From the NCBI RefSeq assembly GCF_009834535.1, contig NC_045716.1, forward strand, positions 14,756,001-14,820,000: a DNA stretch of 64,000 nucleotides, written 5' to 3'. This document shows positions 49,535 to 62,419 of the stretch, in pieces. The stretch's first letter is position 1, and the number at the start of each line of letters is the position of its first letter. Both the position numbers and the translations under genes were made by a program. Source of the stretch: Camelus ferus (lineage: Eukaryota). Below the pieces are notes generated by a model. The model had not been told where the DNA came from. It did not search any database and saw nothing but the letters and a program-made list of their open reading frames with translations.

Positions 49535-50260
49535 GCTTTTTAAAACTGAAGTATAGTTGATTTTACAATGTTGTGTTAGTGTCTGGTGTACAGCATAGTG
49601 ATTCAGTCATACACATATATATTCTTTTTCATTATCGGTTACTATGAGCTGTTGAATACAGTCCCCTGTGCTCTTTGTTTATCTATTTGTATACAATAGT
49701 TTGTATCTGCGAATCCCAAACTCCTGATTTATCTTCCCCCTCCCTGTCCGCTTTTATAACCATAAGTTTGCTTCCTATGTCTGTGACTCTGTTTTGTAAA
49801 TAAGTTCATTTGTGCCATTTTTTAAGATTCCACATATGAGTGATATCATATTGTATTTTTCTTTCTCTTTTCAACTTACTTCACTTAGTATGACCGTCTC
49901 CAGGTTCATTCATNNNNNNNNNNNNNNNNNNNNNNNNNNNNNNNNNNNNNNNNNNNNNNNNNNNNNNNNNNNNNNNNNNNNNNNNNNNNNNNNNNNNNNN
50001 NNNNNNNNNNNNNNNNNNNNNNNNNNNNNNNNNNNNNNNNNNNNNNNNNNNNNNNNNNNNNNNNNNNNNNNNNNNNNNNNNNNNNNNNNNNNNNNNNNNN
50101 NNNNNNNNNATCTTTTTAAATTAGAGTTTTCTCCAGATATATTCCTAGGAGTGGATCATTGCTGGATCATATAGTAACTCTCTTTTTAGTTTTTTAAGTA
50201 ATCTCCATACTGTTTTCCATAGTGGCTGCACCAAATTACATTCCCAGCAACAGTGAGGAC
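49535..50260 (-). mobile_element. L1 3' fragment spanning an assembly gap
   Basis: ttttaaaactgaagtatagttg...gattccacatatgagtgatatcata...[N]...ggatcatatagtaactc...cattcccagcaacagtg. Confidence 0.85.
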
Positions 50261-51029
50261 ATATTTTCTCATTTAATCATCACCATATCCTTGTGAAGAA
50301 GGTATCACTGTTACCTTATTTTATAGATGTAGTGACTGAGGTCAGAAAGTTTAGGTTAATTGCCCCAAAGTCACACACAGTGACTGAGACTATCTGTATT
50401 ATCTAACTTCAGATATCAGCCTCCTTCTGTACATGTAAGTCTATATTTCAGTGAGCAAATGGAATAAAGACAAAAAAATTTAACATAGTCACATTCAGAA
50501 TCTTTCTTCCTCAAAGGAAGGCTTCTCAGGTGGACAGCTGCTTTTGTTCTGTGGAATCATATGAGAAGGGAGCAGAAGACTGAACTACAGTGGCAATGAC
50601 AGGGAAGTGCTGGAGGGAAAGAGGGGTCTTTCAGGAAGAGAAATGGGAAGGGGGATGATGGCAAATGCAGGCTGAGATCTGACCGGTAATGTTGGGTGTT
50701 TGGGAAGCATAGACCATGAACTTGGTAGAACATCAGTGCTCTGTGAGAGAGTAGGAGGGGGTGGGGAAAGAGGGTCTTGAGAAGATTTATTACTATTATG
50801 AATGGCGTGCTTCTTTGGTGCCGTTTGAAGAAATTGCAGCAAATATGTCAATTGCTTTTCAGATCTCTTTGAAGGCTGGGGTCTTCTTTCAGAGTCAGTG
50901 CGTCTCTGCAGCTAGTCTAGCCTTATGGGTGTTATGTGAGTTAAAAAGCCAAGATGTCAGTCCAGGTTTCCACTCTCTCACATGTAATTAGGTAAGGAAA
51001 GAGAGGTCAACAATGTGTTATGGCCAAGC

Positions 51030-51089
51030 CTCAACAATGCCAAAGGGAACTCAACAATGCCAAAGGGAACTCAGCGATGCCAAAGAGAA
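51030..51089 (+). repeat. 3 x 20-bp minisatellite
   Basis: CTCAACAATGCCAAAGGGAA twice, then CTCAGCGATGCCAAAGAGAA. Confidence 0.9.
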
Positions 51090-54000
51090 ATAGGCAAAAG
51101 AAAAGTTTCTCCCTTATCTCCTTAAGTCCGCTGGTGGGGGTCACAGTTGGGCCAGAGCCAAAGATCCTCAGATTACAATTCTGAGGGTCTGCACTTCTGA
51201 AGTCTCTCTTTTCTCCTCAAACCCAAGAAACTCTTCTTGGTGCTAATCTGATCCTTCTCTAGTTGCATAGGACCATGAATATCCTTTTAGTCACAGGAAG
51301 AGAAATAGCACAGCTCTAAAGGGACACTTTCTGGCAATTTCCCCCTTGTTTCATAGCTTGTGGTGAGTGTGGTCTTGTGACTCGATTCCCCTGGTGTAAC
51401 AGTCTGGGCAGCAGTGCTGGCCATGGGTCATGAACGGGGGTATGGACGTGTGTTGCCTTAGCTAAACCACTGACCTTGTCCCAGGAGAGAATCCCCTGTG
51501 TCTCGGCCCAGGCAGGGCTGGGAGTAGGAGAATCTGAGGCCAAAGGGAGACTCTGGCACATGACTTGCCTGGGGACTTCAGGTCTGATTTTGTTGAGAAT
51601 TGGTATTTTATCTGCTGGTTTCAAGGCTATTAGTTTGGTGTAGGAAGCTGATTCCTCCTTAATTGTGTTCCACTGTCCAGAATGGCCTTCCCTCGTGCTA
51701 ACTGACAGAGCAACAGCCTATTCAGTAGTTTGAGTAGGAGTGGAAGCAAACACTTTTCTTTCCTGTCCCTTGAGCTACTTCCTTCCACAGCATGAAGCAA
51801 CTACGCTTGCAAAATAATGTGCATTGTTCATTCCAAACTACTGGCCAGTGCTTGATTAATATTGTAATTTAGGAGGTATCTTTTCATAGCCTTTTCCCCC
51901 CTTGGGTTGCAACTTTATGTCCCTTAAGATGATTACACTAAAAGGAACTGCTCTCATTTGGATGAATAAATTTTACCTGTAATTAAAAAAAAAAGTTATC
52001 CACATGACTTTATGGCCTCACCCTGTGGAGTTCATTTTTTGAATCAAATAGGACTCTTGGGTTGCAAGCAACAGTTGAAAAGCAAAGTCAATCGAACTAA
52101 AGTTGCAATGTAATGCCCTACGTGACTGGAAAGACAACAGGTATATTAGTAAGGCCTGACTGTGTCTCCAAGGCCCATTCCTCCACCTCTCAGCTCATTG
52201 GTTGGCTACAGTTTTGTCTATGATCTTTAAGATGGGAATAATCATAATTCATCCACGGAGAATTGTGTGAGTATTTAAGGAGCCCATGAGGGTGTGTACC
52301 TCTGTGGCTAAGAACGTGGGCTTTGGAATCACATGTGGCATCTTCACTTACTAAATTACTTGTGTAAAATGAGGAGACTTGGTAGTACCAGAATTACAGG
52401 GCTGCTGGGATTTAAAATGATAGCATGTACATAAAACCTCTAAGAGGGTGCCTGGCACATGGAGCCACTCACTAAATGGTAGGTATGATTTGAGTAGAAT
52501 TTTGAAGTGACCGTCAATGGTTTGAAATGAAAAAGCAAACCCAGGCATGAGAAATGGCAGGAAAAGGATATGGATGGTGATTCATAAAGGGGGCAGTTTG
52601 GGGTTGGGACAGCAAGGTAAGCTTGGGTAGTGCCTGGGTGTAGACATGTGATTCCTGCTCTTTGTGTCAGAACTATGACAAAAAGACAGAACCAAGAGAC
52701 GGTCTAGAGAAGAGCCTGTCAGCCAACCAGGAGGTCAGCTCGTTGGAAGTTTCCAACAGGAATGCTGTGGTTTTGGAAGTATTCTTTCTGTAGAATTACA
52801 GAGCCTAGCTCGATGCTTTATCTTTGATCAGTGTTCGCTGCACTGACTTGAATTGCCTTCAAGGTCAGAGATGATCTTCTTAATCCTTCGATGGTGGGAA
52901 ATCATCCTTCTCAGAAATTGGATTTTGTAATTCAGAGCCAAACCTAATGAATAAGGTGAAGGATCAAGCTGAGTAATTCTGATTCAGATTTGAAAAAAAA
53001 AAAAAAAACTCAACTAGTGTGAGTTTGGATGGTTTTCTCCCCTCTGACTTAGACTAGCTTTTGAAAACAACAGGGATGAATAAGTTGTAACACTCTAAAA
53101 AAAATCAGTCTCAAAATTTCACATTTTGCACATCGAATACATGAACTTGATAAATTATGGTGTACTTGCTACATACTAGGCATGATATTAAGTGCCAGGG
53201 TTACAAAGATTAATAAGTATTTCTTTCTTGGGGAAGAAATCAGGATTTCTTCCTGTGGGGAGTGAGACCAGCAGATGAGTCATTATAATGCGGTGAGATC
53301 ACTCTTATGGAGTTCGTTTGGGTTCTGTGAGCAGTTCTGTGAGTAGGTACGGGTGAGATGGGGCAGGGGTGTGGCATTTGGGGGAGGTTTTAATGTAGAG
53401 GTGATGCTGGTGTAGGATATTGAAGGAGGAGTATGAATTTACAAGAATGAGAGGGCATGGAGTGGTGTGTGTGTGTGTTTCAGATAGGAATTTATGTGTG
53501 AATGTTCGGAGACCATGGATGTCAGGAGAATGTTCTGAGGAATCAGTAACATCAAAGAGATGAAGTATTTACGGGTCATTTCTCCTCATTTGTCAAAGCC
53601 GGGAGAGGCATTCAAGTTTCGATATTTAACTAGGGTTAGCATTTGAAGACTCCTTCTAGGATGTCGTGTCTTAAAAGTCAGCAAATAAAAGGCAGCTGAG
53701 AGAAAGACACGGGTTCTATCTGACTTTCCCTCCCCAAAATCTTGTAAAGATTTTTATAGATGAGAAACCTGATGCTTAGGGGTTTAAATAATTTGCCCCA
53801 AATCCAGAAGACTAGGATGAAGTGGAACTGGGATCTGAGTAGGAATCTGCCTCCTTCCAAACAAAGACCATAAGACCATGTTCTTCTATGAATAGAATTT
53901 TATCTTCATCTGATGGCTCAGGGCTTTGTCTCGCCTTGGGTCCACCATTCTGAACGGGAGACTGTTCCATGCAGTTTGGTAACTGAAGATGTAGCAGCGG

Positions 54001-54231
54001 GTGCAGGAGGCTGAGTGCACGGACTGACCACAGCAATGCCCAGAGCAGCGGTTCTCAGATTTCAGAGTGTGTGAGGTTGCCCTGGGGGACTTTGTGATGG
54101 TTCTGATTCCCACACCCCATTTCTGAGGGTCTGTCTTGTTGTGAGGCACCTTGGCTGATTCTGTTGCAGATGGTCTGTGATTCACACTTGGATGAGCATC
54201 ACCTTAAATGAATTTCTCATAAGCAATTGGT

Positions 54232-54390
54232 TCTTTCTCTTCCTCCCCTCCTTTCTTCTCTTCCTTTCTCTCTTGTTTTCTCCTTCACCTCCTCCCTTCT
54301 TCCTCCATTCCCTTCTTCCTTCTTTCTTTTCTTCCCTCCTTCCTTCCTCCCTCCAACCTTGCCTTCATCCCTCCCTCTTTCCTTTCTTCC
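54232..54390 (+). repeat. Polypyrimidine low-complexity tract
   Basis: Almost only C/T, TTCC/CCT units. Confidence 0.85.
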
Positions 54391-55924
54391 TATGTTCGTC
54401 TGAGGGTTCTGTTAACTGGGCTCCAGTGATTGGAGGAGATTATGCATATTTAATATTCCCTCTCTCTTTCCTCTCCATTCCTTGACTTTCCAACAAGACT
54501 TCGCTCTCCTTCGGGTGTTCTGTGTGCCTTTCACACACACTTACATAGACATCTTCCCCAGATTAAAACATACACTGAGTACCTAATACCTTCTGATTAT
54601 AACTAAGCACTTTGAAAAACGTAATTCAGCCAAGGTAGGCATGCTCAGTTATTTGCTATACATTTTCATGTTGTCTCTGTATACTTTTTCCTCCTAGTCT
54701 CTGCCTCCCTAGCTTTTCTGCCCTTTACAGGATCCTGAAAGGTCCTAGACGGGTAGAATATAGACTGATGCTTAGCGACTCTTTTCCAGCTCTGGTTCTC
54801 AGCCTTTCTCCCAGCCTCTGGCAAACCTCACCCCTTGGGGATCCGCAGACCTGCGCTTCCCCAGCCATGCTCACCTATTCAGATGCTTTTCTCATCTTGT
54901 GTCTCTGAAAAAGGGAAATCCCACTTTAGTTTGCTTTCCATTTGGCTCTCCTTGTCGCTGCTGGTTTTATATCTGGATATTCCCCTTTAGGGTCATAGGA
55001 TGTGAGGGCCACATGGGTGACCCGGACTTGTCCCAGTGAGGCAGATTTCTCTTCTGGACCCTGGTGACAGGGCCCAGCATTCTCGGCATAGTGGATTCCT
55101 TGCACAGCATCACACAAATGATGGGGTCCTTTCTGTCTCTCTGCTTTGCCCTGGGGGCCTGGATTCTGGAGTCAGGTTGCCTACTTTGATTCTCGCTCAC
55201 TAACTGAGCTTGGGCAGATGTTTTAATCTCTTTAAGTCCTCATTTCCTCACCTGTTAAATGAGGACCATAAAGTGGTTGGAGGTTTAAACAAAACGATGC
55301 CTGAATGAGAGCGCTGCTTTATGGTAAATGCTGTTGGAGCTATTGGTGATTATTTTCACTGTTAATCCACTTCCCCAAGTCAAATTCTTTCAATCTTGCA
55401 AGGCCCAGCAGGAGCTCTGCTTTTTTTTTTTTTTTTTTTTTGGTCCACTCAAGCCAGCAGGAAACTCTGTCCTAAATTCTCATGATCATTCATGTCTGAG
55501 GTGAATGCTTGATTGCCTTTAATATTTAATATTGTGTTACTGTTGCACTAGGTCCTAATTGGTTTTATTCTTGGTTCCTGCCATAGAGAAAAGTCCTTGA
55601 ATACTGATAATAAAGACAACCTTTTTCTTTTAGCCTCTCCATCACCAGTTACGTTATCAGCATCAGCTCTTTTTTTTGGGTGTCACGGTTAAAGATGTGG
55701 AGATCAACACGCCCAGCGTGAACTCATTTGGGATAAACAGAGATAAATTGGTAGCATCTATACTGCAAATGACAACATCCTGAGGTCCAAAATCCAGTTG
55801 GCTCCATCCAGTTGCTGCTTTTACTAGGAGAGAAGAAGGTCCTTACTCAGAGAGAGTGCATTTTAAGGCTTGAATGAGTACCTGATGGAAGACCTTGTTT
55901 TGACATCCATCTCCTTCTAAAGCT

Positions 55925-56270
55925 GGTGATTCTCAGCCCTGGATGCACAGGAGAATCACTGGGGAACTTTAACTTCTACTGATACTCAGGCAAAATTCTG
56001 GGCCAGTTAAATCCAAATCTCTTTGGATGGGAGGCGCACAGGTATAATATTTTTTTTAAAGCTTACTATGTAGGGTTTTTTGGGTTGTTTTTTGTTTAGA
56101 TTTTATGTGTTTAATCTGTTACCAATTAATATTAATTTGATCAAACAAAATTATATTTTAATTGGCACTTATAATTCATTTAGGAACATTCTTCTCCACT
56201 AATACACTTGAAAAGCTTAACCAGGTGGTTTTATGATTTTATGATGCAGCCCAGGTTGAGAACATTGCCC
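55925..56270 (+). mobile_element. MER5-type hAT MITE interrupted by a 146-bp insert
   Basis: gtgattctcagccctggatgcaca...gaatcactgggga ... gcagcccaggttgagaac; insert 56066-56211 flanked by AAAGCTTA duplicates. Confidence 0.65.
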
Positions 56271-56814
56271 TGTTCTAAAACCAAGTTCCTCAGTCCCTCT
56301 ACCTGGTGAATGGGTTTTAGTTTGAATTTCATGCATTCATCCTGTTTTTCTAGGGTGAGGGGCTGCAATTAGCTTGTAGGAATTAGCTTTTAAGTCAGCA
56401 TGGATATCTTATGGGTCCAAACTATGCCGTGAAAGAAACAGTTTATTTTTGTGAGCCTGCTCACGCACACTCAGTACGTCTAGAAATAGGATTTTCCTTG
56501 CCCTAGGTCACTGGTGCCATAGTAGAGAGCTGACAGGGCTCCCCGAGGACCTAAAGTATTTATAACTCTTACAGTATTTCTGCAAGGTGAGCTTTGCTGC
56601 CGGAGGCCTGATTCGGGGTGGTTAAGAGTCACTAAGGTAGTGGAGTTGGGCTCAGCTGCCCCAGGCTCCTGGGGAAATAGCTCTTAGCACTGAGAGAGGG
56701 GCTCAGGTGTCCTTCCCGGAGAACTGAAAGGAGCAAGGCAGGGAGGCAGACTCCCCAGGCTTCCTCCTTCACCTTGTCTGAGATATTTCACAAAGGAATC
56801 AATTAAGATTTGAA

Positions 56815-58100
56815 AAAAACATATTTACTGAAGTGTAATTTACATAATGTGAACTTCATCTGTTTTAGTACAATTCAATGAGTTTTAGTAAATTTGCAGG
56901 GCTGTGCAACCATTACAACAATCTAGTTTTAGAATATTTCCGTCACTCCTAAAAGATCTTTTGTGCCTGTTTACAGACAATTCCTACTCCCAGCTCAGAT
57001 CCAGGCAACAACAAATCTGCATTCTGTCTCTATAGTTTTGCCTTTTCTGGATGCTTCATATAAATGGAGTCATAACAACATGTAGTCTTTTGGTTTGGCT
57101 TTTTTCATTTAGCATAATATTTCTGAGGTTCATCCACGGTTGTAGCATGTATCCATATTTTGTTCCTTTTTAATTGCTAAATAGTATTAAATTGTATGGG
57201 TGTGCCACATTTTATTTATTCATTATCAGCTGATGGTCATTTGGATTGTTTCCATTTTTTGGCTACTATGATTAATGCTGCTACGATCACAGATGTGTAA
57301 GTTTTTGTGTGGACACATGCTGTCATTGATCTTGGGTAAATAGCTTGGCGTAGACTTCTTAGATTGTAGGATAAATTTATGTTTAGCTTTTTGAGAAATT
57401 GCCAAACTGTTTTCCAAAGTGGCTCTGCATGATTCAAAAAAGAGAAAAAAATTGATAACGTAGACTTGATCAAATTAAACACTTAGGAGCTTCAAAAGAC
57501 ACCATTAAGAAAGTTAAAAAACAAGCCACAAAATTGGAAAAATATTTGCAAATCGTATATCCAATAAGGAACTTATATCTAGACTGTATAAAGTGTTGTG
57601 GTATCTCACTATGGTTTAGTTTGTGTTTTATGATTAACAGTGTTGAGCACCTTTTCAAATGCTCATTTGCCACTCATGTATCTTCTTTGTCTACACATCT
57701 CTTCACATATTTTGCCCATTTGCAAATTGGTTTGTTTGTCTTAGTATTTATTCGTGCTTTCATGTCTTATCTAAGAAATCTTTTCCTACTCAAGGTCATG
57801 AAGGTTTTCTTCTAGATTTTAGATTTTCTTCTAGAACTTTTACAGTTTTAGCTCGTATTTAGGCATTTGATTAATTTTGATTTAATTTTTTAGGTATGGT
57901 GTGAGTAGGAATCTAAGCTAATCTTTCTGCACGTGGGTATCCAATTCTTCCAGGACAATTTTTGGAAGTTATCCTTTCCCCGTAGAATTGCTTTGATGCT
58001 TTTGTTGAAAATCAATTGACCATAAATATAAGGGATTGTTTCTGGACTCTCAGTTTCATTCCATTGGTTTATATGTTTATCGTTATGGTCAATAGCCTAT
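56815..58100 (-). mobile_element. Old L1 (L1MA/MB-type) 3' region with an internal inverted segment
   Basis: Reverse-strand 3' UTR and ORF2 end; 57427-57593 is in the opposite orientation. Confidence 0.8.
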
Positions 58101-58295
58101 CTTACACCCAGTAGTTAGTGCGTCCCACTCCCCAACCCCTGTCTTGCCCCTCCACTTCCCTCTCCCCATCGGCAACCACTCGTTTGTTCTCTATATCCGT
58201 GAGTCTGCTTCTTTTCTTTGTTACACTCACAAGTTGGTTGTATTTTTTGATTCCACACATAAGTGATATCACACAGTATTTGTCTTTCTCTGTTC
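58100..58295 (-). mobile_element. L1 3' UTR fragment
   Basis: ggcaaccactcgtttgttctctatatccgtgagtctg...gattccacacataagtgatatcacacagtatttgtctttctctg. Confidence 0.75.
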
Positions 58296-59340
58296 AGACA
58301 GCTTATTGAATAAGCCATTTTCACCCACATTTTGCACCAAGGAAACTGATACACAGAGAGATAAAGTCAAGTTCCCAAGGTCACAGAGTTTGTAAGAGGC
58401 AGAGCAAGATTTAAACCCAGACTTGCTTAACTTCAAAGCTTCTGCTTTTCCACCACACTTCACCACCCCCACTACCTCCACCAGGTCTCATCAGGGGGTC
58501 TACAAAGCAACAATAAATTCCAGGCAGAGCACATAACTCTTCAGTGGAAAAATGGACACTGATAAGTGATTAATGTATCTTGCTTATCTTACTTAACATG
58601 TTAAAGGCTTAATTCTTCCTCAAGATTCAGGAAGGCAGATGTGATTTTCATCACCAAGGATTATATGGGAAAAACCAAGCTGAATTCATAAGTGGTGACC
58701 ACAGTGAGCTATTACAGAAAGTCATCTGGTTTACATGGGTATAGGGATTGAGATAAAAGGTAACTTTTAATACCAGTTTTCAACGTGACTTGACTTGAGC
58801 ACTGAATTCCACCTTACAGCTTCCGTTTTCTCAACTGTGATATCTTTGGTGAGAGAAAATAGAGGCTGTGGCAATGTGAGATTTCAGATCCAGAGCTGCA
58901 AATGTCCTCCTGCGGGTTACTCGGGCAACAGCAGCAGCAAACTCCCCATGTGTATGAGGATAGTTTTAAGTTGAGCCTGCTCTTACAGTTCGCCAGTTTT
59001 TTCTCATTTACCGTGCCGGAGATCTAGGTTTGATTTCTAGCAAATTCTTTAACAGGATTTGCAATATGGAGAGTGCATAAGCTTTGCAATCAGATGAATT
59101 TTTGTCATTTCCACTATTTGTTAGTTTTGTGATCCTGAGAAATGTATTTAACTTATCTGAGTCTCAGTTTGCTCATGTAATTTGGTGCAAATAATTGTCA
59201 TGAGGAGTAAAACAAGACAATGTCTGGAAATAGCCTATTAGTGCTGGGGTATGATATGTTCTAGATAAAGAGTAACTTTGCTTCTTTCTACTGGAGTTTA
59301 AACTAGATTTAGTTTTAAAGTAATCTCACTGTGAGCAAAT

Positions 59341-59690
59341 ATATTAGTCAGCTTTTGCTGCAGTAACAAATAGCCTGCAAAACCCAGTGGTTAAAAATCA
59401 CATACATTGTTTCTTTCTCATGTCACCTGAGGACTGAATTAACTGTGCCTCTGTTGGGCTGCACTGGATTAGGACCTGCTTGTTGTGTCTTTCATTTCAG
59501 GATCATGGCTGGAGAAGTGCACCCTTCTCATGGCAGAGGGCAAACACTCAAAAGAGCTGGAGCCAATAGACACAAGCGTATTTAAAGTTTCTGCTTGGAC
59601 ATAGTGTGTGGTGTATGTCATGTTGGCTCACATCCATTGTCATATACCCAAGTCAGTTGGTGGAGAAGTATACTTTATCTAAAGGGAAGC
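59341..59690 (-). mobile_element. MLT1H/I-type MaLR LTR
   Basis: tattagtcagcttttgctgcagtaacaaa...cttctcatggcagag...ctcacatccattg reverse-strand MLT1 motifs. Confidence 0.6.
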
Positions 59691-59949
59691 ATGATACGAG
59701 CTTCGTAAAAGAACAAACAAGCTACCTTAACAAGCAAGAATTTTGATAGAGGCAATTCTTGGTAATCCAAGAATTATTCATTACATACATGAAATATTTG
59801 GGCTACTTTGTTTTTATCTTTCCCTTTGGCTGTGGTGGTTTGCTTTTTCAGGTTTTCTGTTTTAAAAACAGAGCTGCTGACAGACAATTTGTCAGTGTCT
59901 GAGAAAATATTTTCTGATTTTCTTCCTGCCTTTTATTTTTCTCAGCCTG

Positions 59950-60950
59950 TTGCTGACCATCCCTCTTGACTCTTTTAAATGTCAGCTTTCCTAGGTCCCT
60001 TTCTCTTCTCATGCTCTTTTCTCTGGGTGATCCCATACATAACCATGGCTTTAGCTGATTACTCTCTGAGGAGTCTTTTTTCCACATATCTAGCTCAGAT
60101 ACTTTGCAGTCCCAGACCCATACTGCCAGCTGCCCATGTGACATCCCTATTCCAATGACATACAGATCTCACTGTAACAAAATACAACGCTTGTCACTCT
60201 AAGTGTATCCTCTAGGACCAGACCATCCAGCCAGTTGTACACATTGAACTCTAGACTTCATCCTTGCTCCTCCTTCTCCCTCACTCACTGATCCAGTCCA
60301 TTTGCAGGTTCCATTGCCTTTACCTCCTAAGGGCCTCTCTAATCAGCCTCTTCTCTCCTTCCCTCACACTCCCCACCTCCAACTGTGATCCTCTATCACC
60401 GGGACTCTTGCAGTGTCCCCAGCTGCCTCCCTGCTGTATTCTTTCATTCCCCTTGTAATTTGTTTTCTGCACTTACAACTACAGCCAGAGTCATTAAAAA
60501 AAAGAAATTCGAACTTAGCCATATCCCTCTTTGGCTTAAAACTCTTCGATGACTTTCTGTAGTTTTTAGAATAAAGCCCTAAATCCTTCCCATGGCCCTC
60601 AGGGTCCTGCACAATCTGGCCTTTTCTGTCTCTCCCATTTTATTTTGCATTACACTTCTGATTGTCTGTGTTGTAACTACAATGTTCTCCCCTTTCAAAT
60701 CCTTGCATGTGTCACGCCCTCACCTACCTTGGGGACTCTGCACATGCTTCCCTCTGTTTGGAATGCTCTGACCCTGACCCCCATCCTTGAAATCCCCGCT
60801 CAGCTGTCTTTTCCTTGTTGAAGCACTCCCCAGCCTCTCCAGACTGAGAGTTGTTTTCTCTTTTATGAGATTAAAAAAAAGTCTGTGCATATCTTTATGT
60901 GCATAGGATGCATTTTGTAACATTATTGTTTGCTTATGTGACTCTCCGCC
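59950..60950 (+). mobile_element. L2 LINE body fragment
   Basis: cccatacataaccatggcttta...ccagacccatactgccagctgcc...aataaagccctaaatccttcccatggccctc...tggaatgctct. Confidence 0.75.
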
Positions 60951-61931
60951 TGGGCTTTGAGGTCTGAGGTCCAGAGTTCTGTCTTACTCTCCAAACAATG
61001 TTGTTTTTTTTTTTTTCTCAAATTCTTTTGAGCTTAAATAAAACTGTGCAAAAGAGAAAGCAAAATTCTCTACTTGCAGAACTCTTTTGGACTCAACCCC
61101 TGTTCATTCTCTCCTTGGCACAAAGTAGGCTTTAGGAAAATGGGAAATTCGGGGAGAGCGTGAACCACCTTACATTCCACATACGGGAATCCGGCCTTTC
61201 AGACGGGACTCGGGGACAAATGTTACTTAACACCTCCCGTTACTTAACACCTGACCTTAAGCTAGTCATTTCATCTCTTTAGGCTTCAATTTCTTCGTTA
61301 ATAAAAATAAAGTTTGCAGACGGGAGCTCTGATATCTCTTCCACCTGCAAATTTTTATGTTTATTATTACAGGGTTTAGGTCCTTTATATAAAGAATCTT
61401 TAAAGTTTTAGAGCCATGACCAGAGTTTAATCTCCATTTTAACTTGAGGGAAAATGAGAATGACTGATAATATGTTCAAGGTTCATGCAGCTCATGAGGA
61501 AATACCTCACTGTGTAGATAATGCTGATCATTATGGTGAATTTCTTTTTACTTGTTGTTCGCTGGGTGGGGTTGAAGGGTTAAGACAAGATGTGCCCGAA
61601 TAGACTTCTACTGGAATCTGGTAATCCCTAAGTGTCTTCTTAGTAGACTTGCAGGGCTGCAGGGCATTGATGAAAATTTGTTGCGGAGTGGGCCTCAGTG
61701 AGACTGCAACTCAGGGAGCTTCACAGAGCTCCTGCCACGTGTGCTGCACGGTGCCAAGTTCAATGAGGTAAAGACTGTAATCCATGGGCTACTTCTGAAG
61801 GAGACCAGATCAAAGGATTAAGCCAGTTCTGATCCAATTTGCTCTTTGGAAATGAGCCTAGAATCACTTAAATAGTCCGTTGTGTGGCAGCCAAGTAGAT
61901 CCCAAGTCAGGTACCATACAGTATTGTTCTT

Positions 61932-62419
61932 TTTTTTTCTCACTTTTTAAAAAATTTTTTTAATTGAAGTATAGTCAATTTCTAATGTGTCAATTTCTGG
62001 TGTACAGCATAATGGTTCAGCCATACATACACATACATATATTCATTTTCATACTCTTTTTCATTATAGGTTGAATATATTTCCCTGTGTTATACAGTAG
62101 AAAGTTCTTGTTTATCAATTTTATANNNNNNNNNNNNNNNNNNNNNNNNNNNNNNNNNNNNNNNNNNNNNNNNNNNNNNNNNNNNNNNNNNNNNNNNNNN
62201 NNNNNNNNNNNNNNNNNNNNNNNNNNNNNNNNNNNNNNNNNNNNNNNNNNNNNNNNNNNNNNNNNNNNNNNNNNNNNNNNNNNNNNNNNNNNNNNNNNNN
62301 NNNNNNNNNNNNNNNNNNNNNNNNNNTAAGCCAAAAAGAGAAAGAATAATACCATATGATTTCACTCATATGTGGAATCTAAAAAAAAAAAGAAGGTACA
62401 AATGAACATATCTACAAAA
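61932..62419 (-). mobile_element. 5'-inverted (twin-primed) L1
   Basis: T-tail and minus-strand 3' end at left, plus-strand upstream piece at right, TSD 15/17 identical at 61915-61931 and 62420-62436; junction lies in an N gap. Confidence 0.7.

Noticed and set aside
53812-54036. Protein-like ORF EPSDEDKILFIEEHGLMVFVWKEAD
   Set aside because: Its 3' half overlaps a MIR relic.
58888-58920. CKCPPAGYSG resembling an EGF motif
   Set aside because: Wrong spacing, no other EGF cysteines, weak acceptor; the X-box explains the sequence better.
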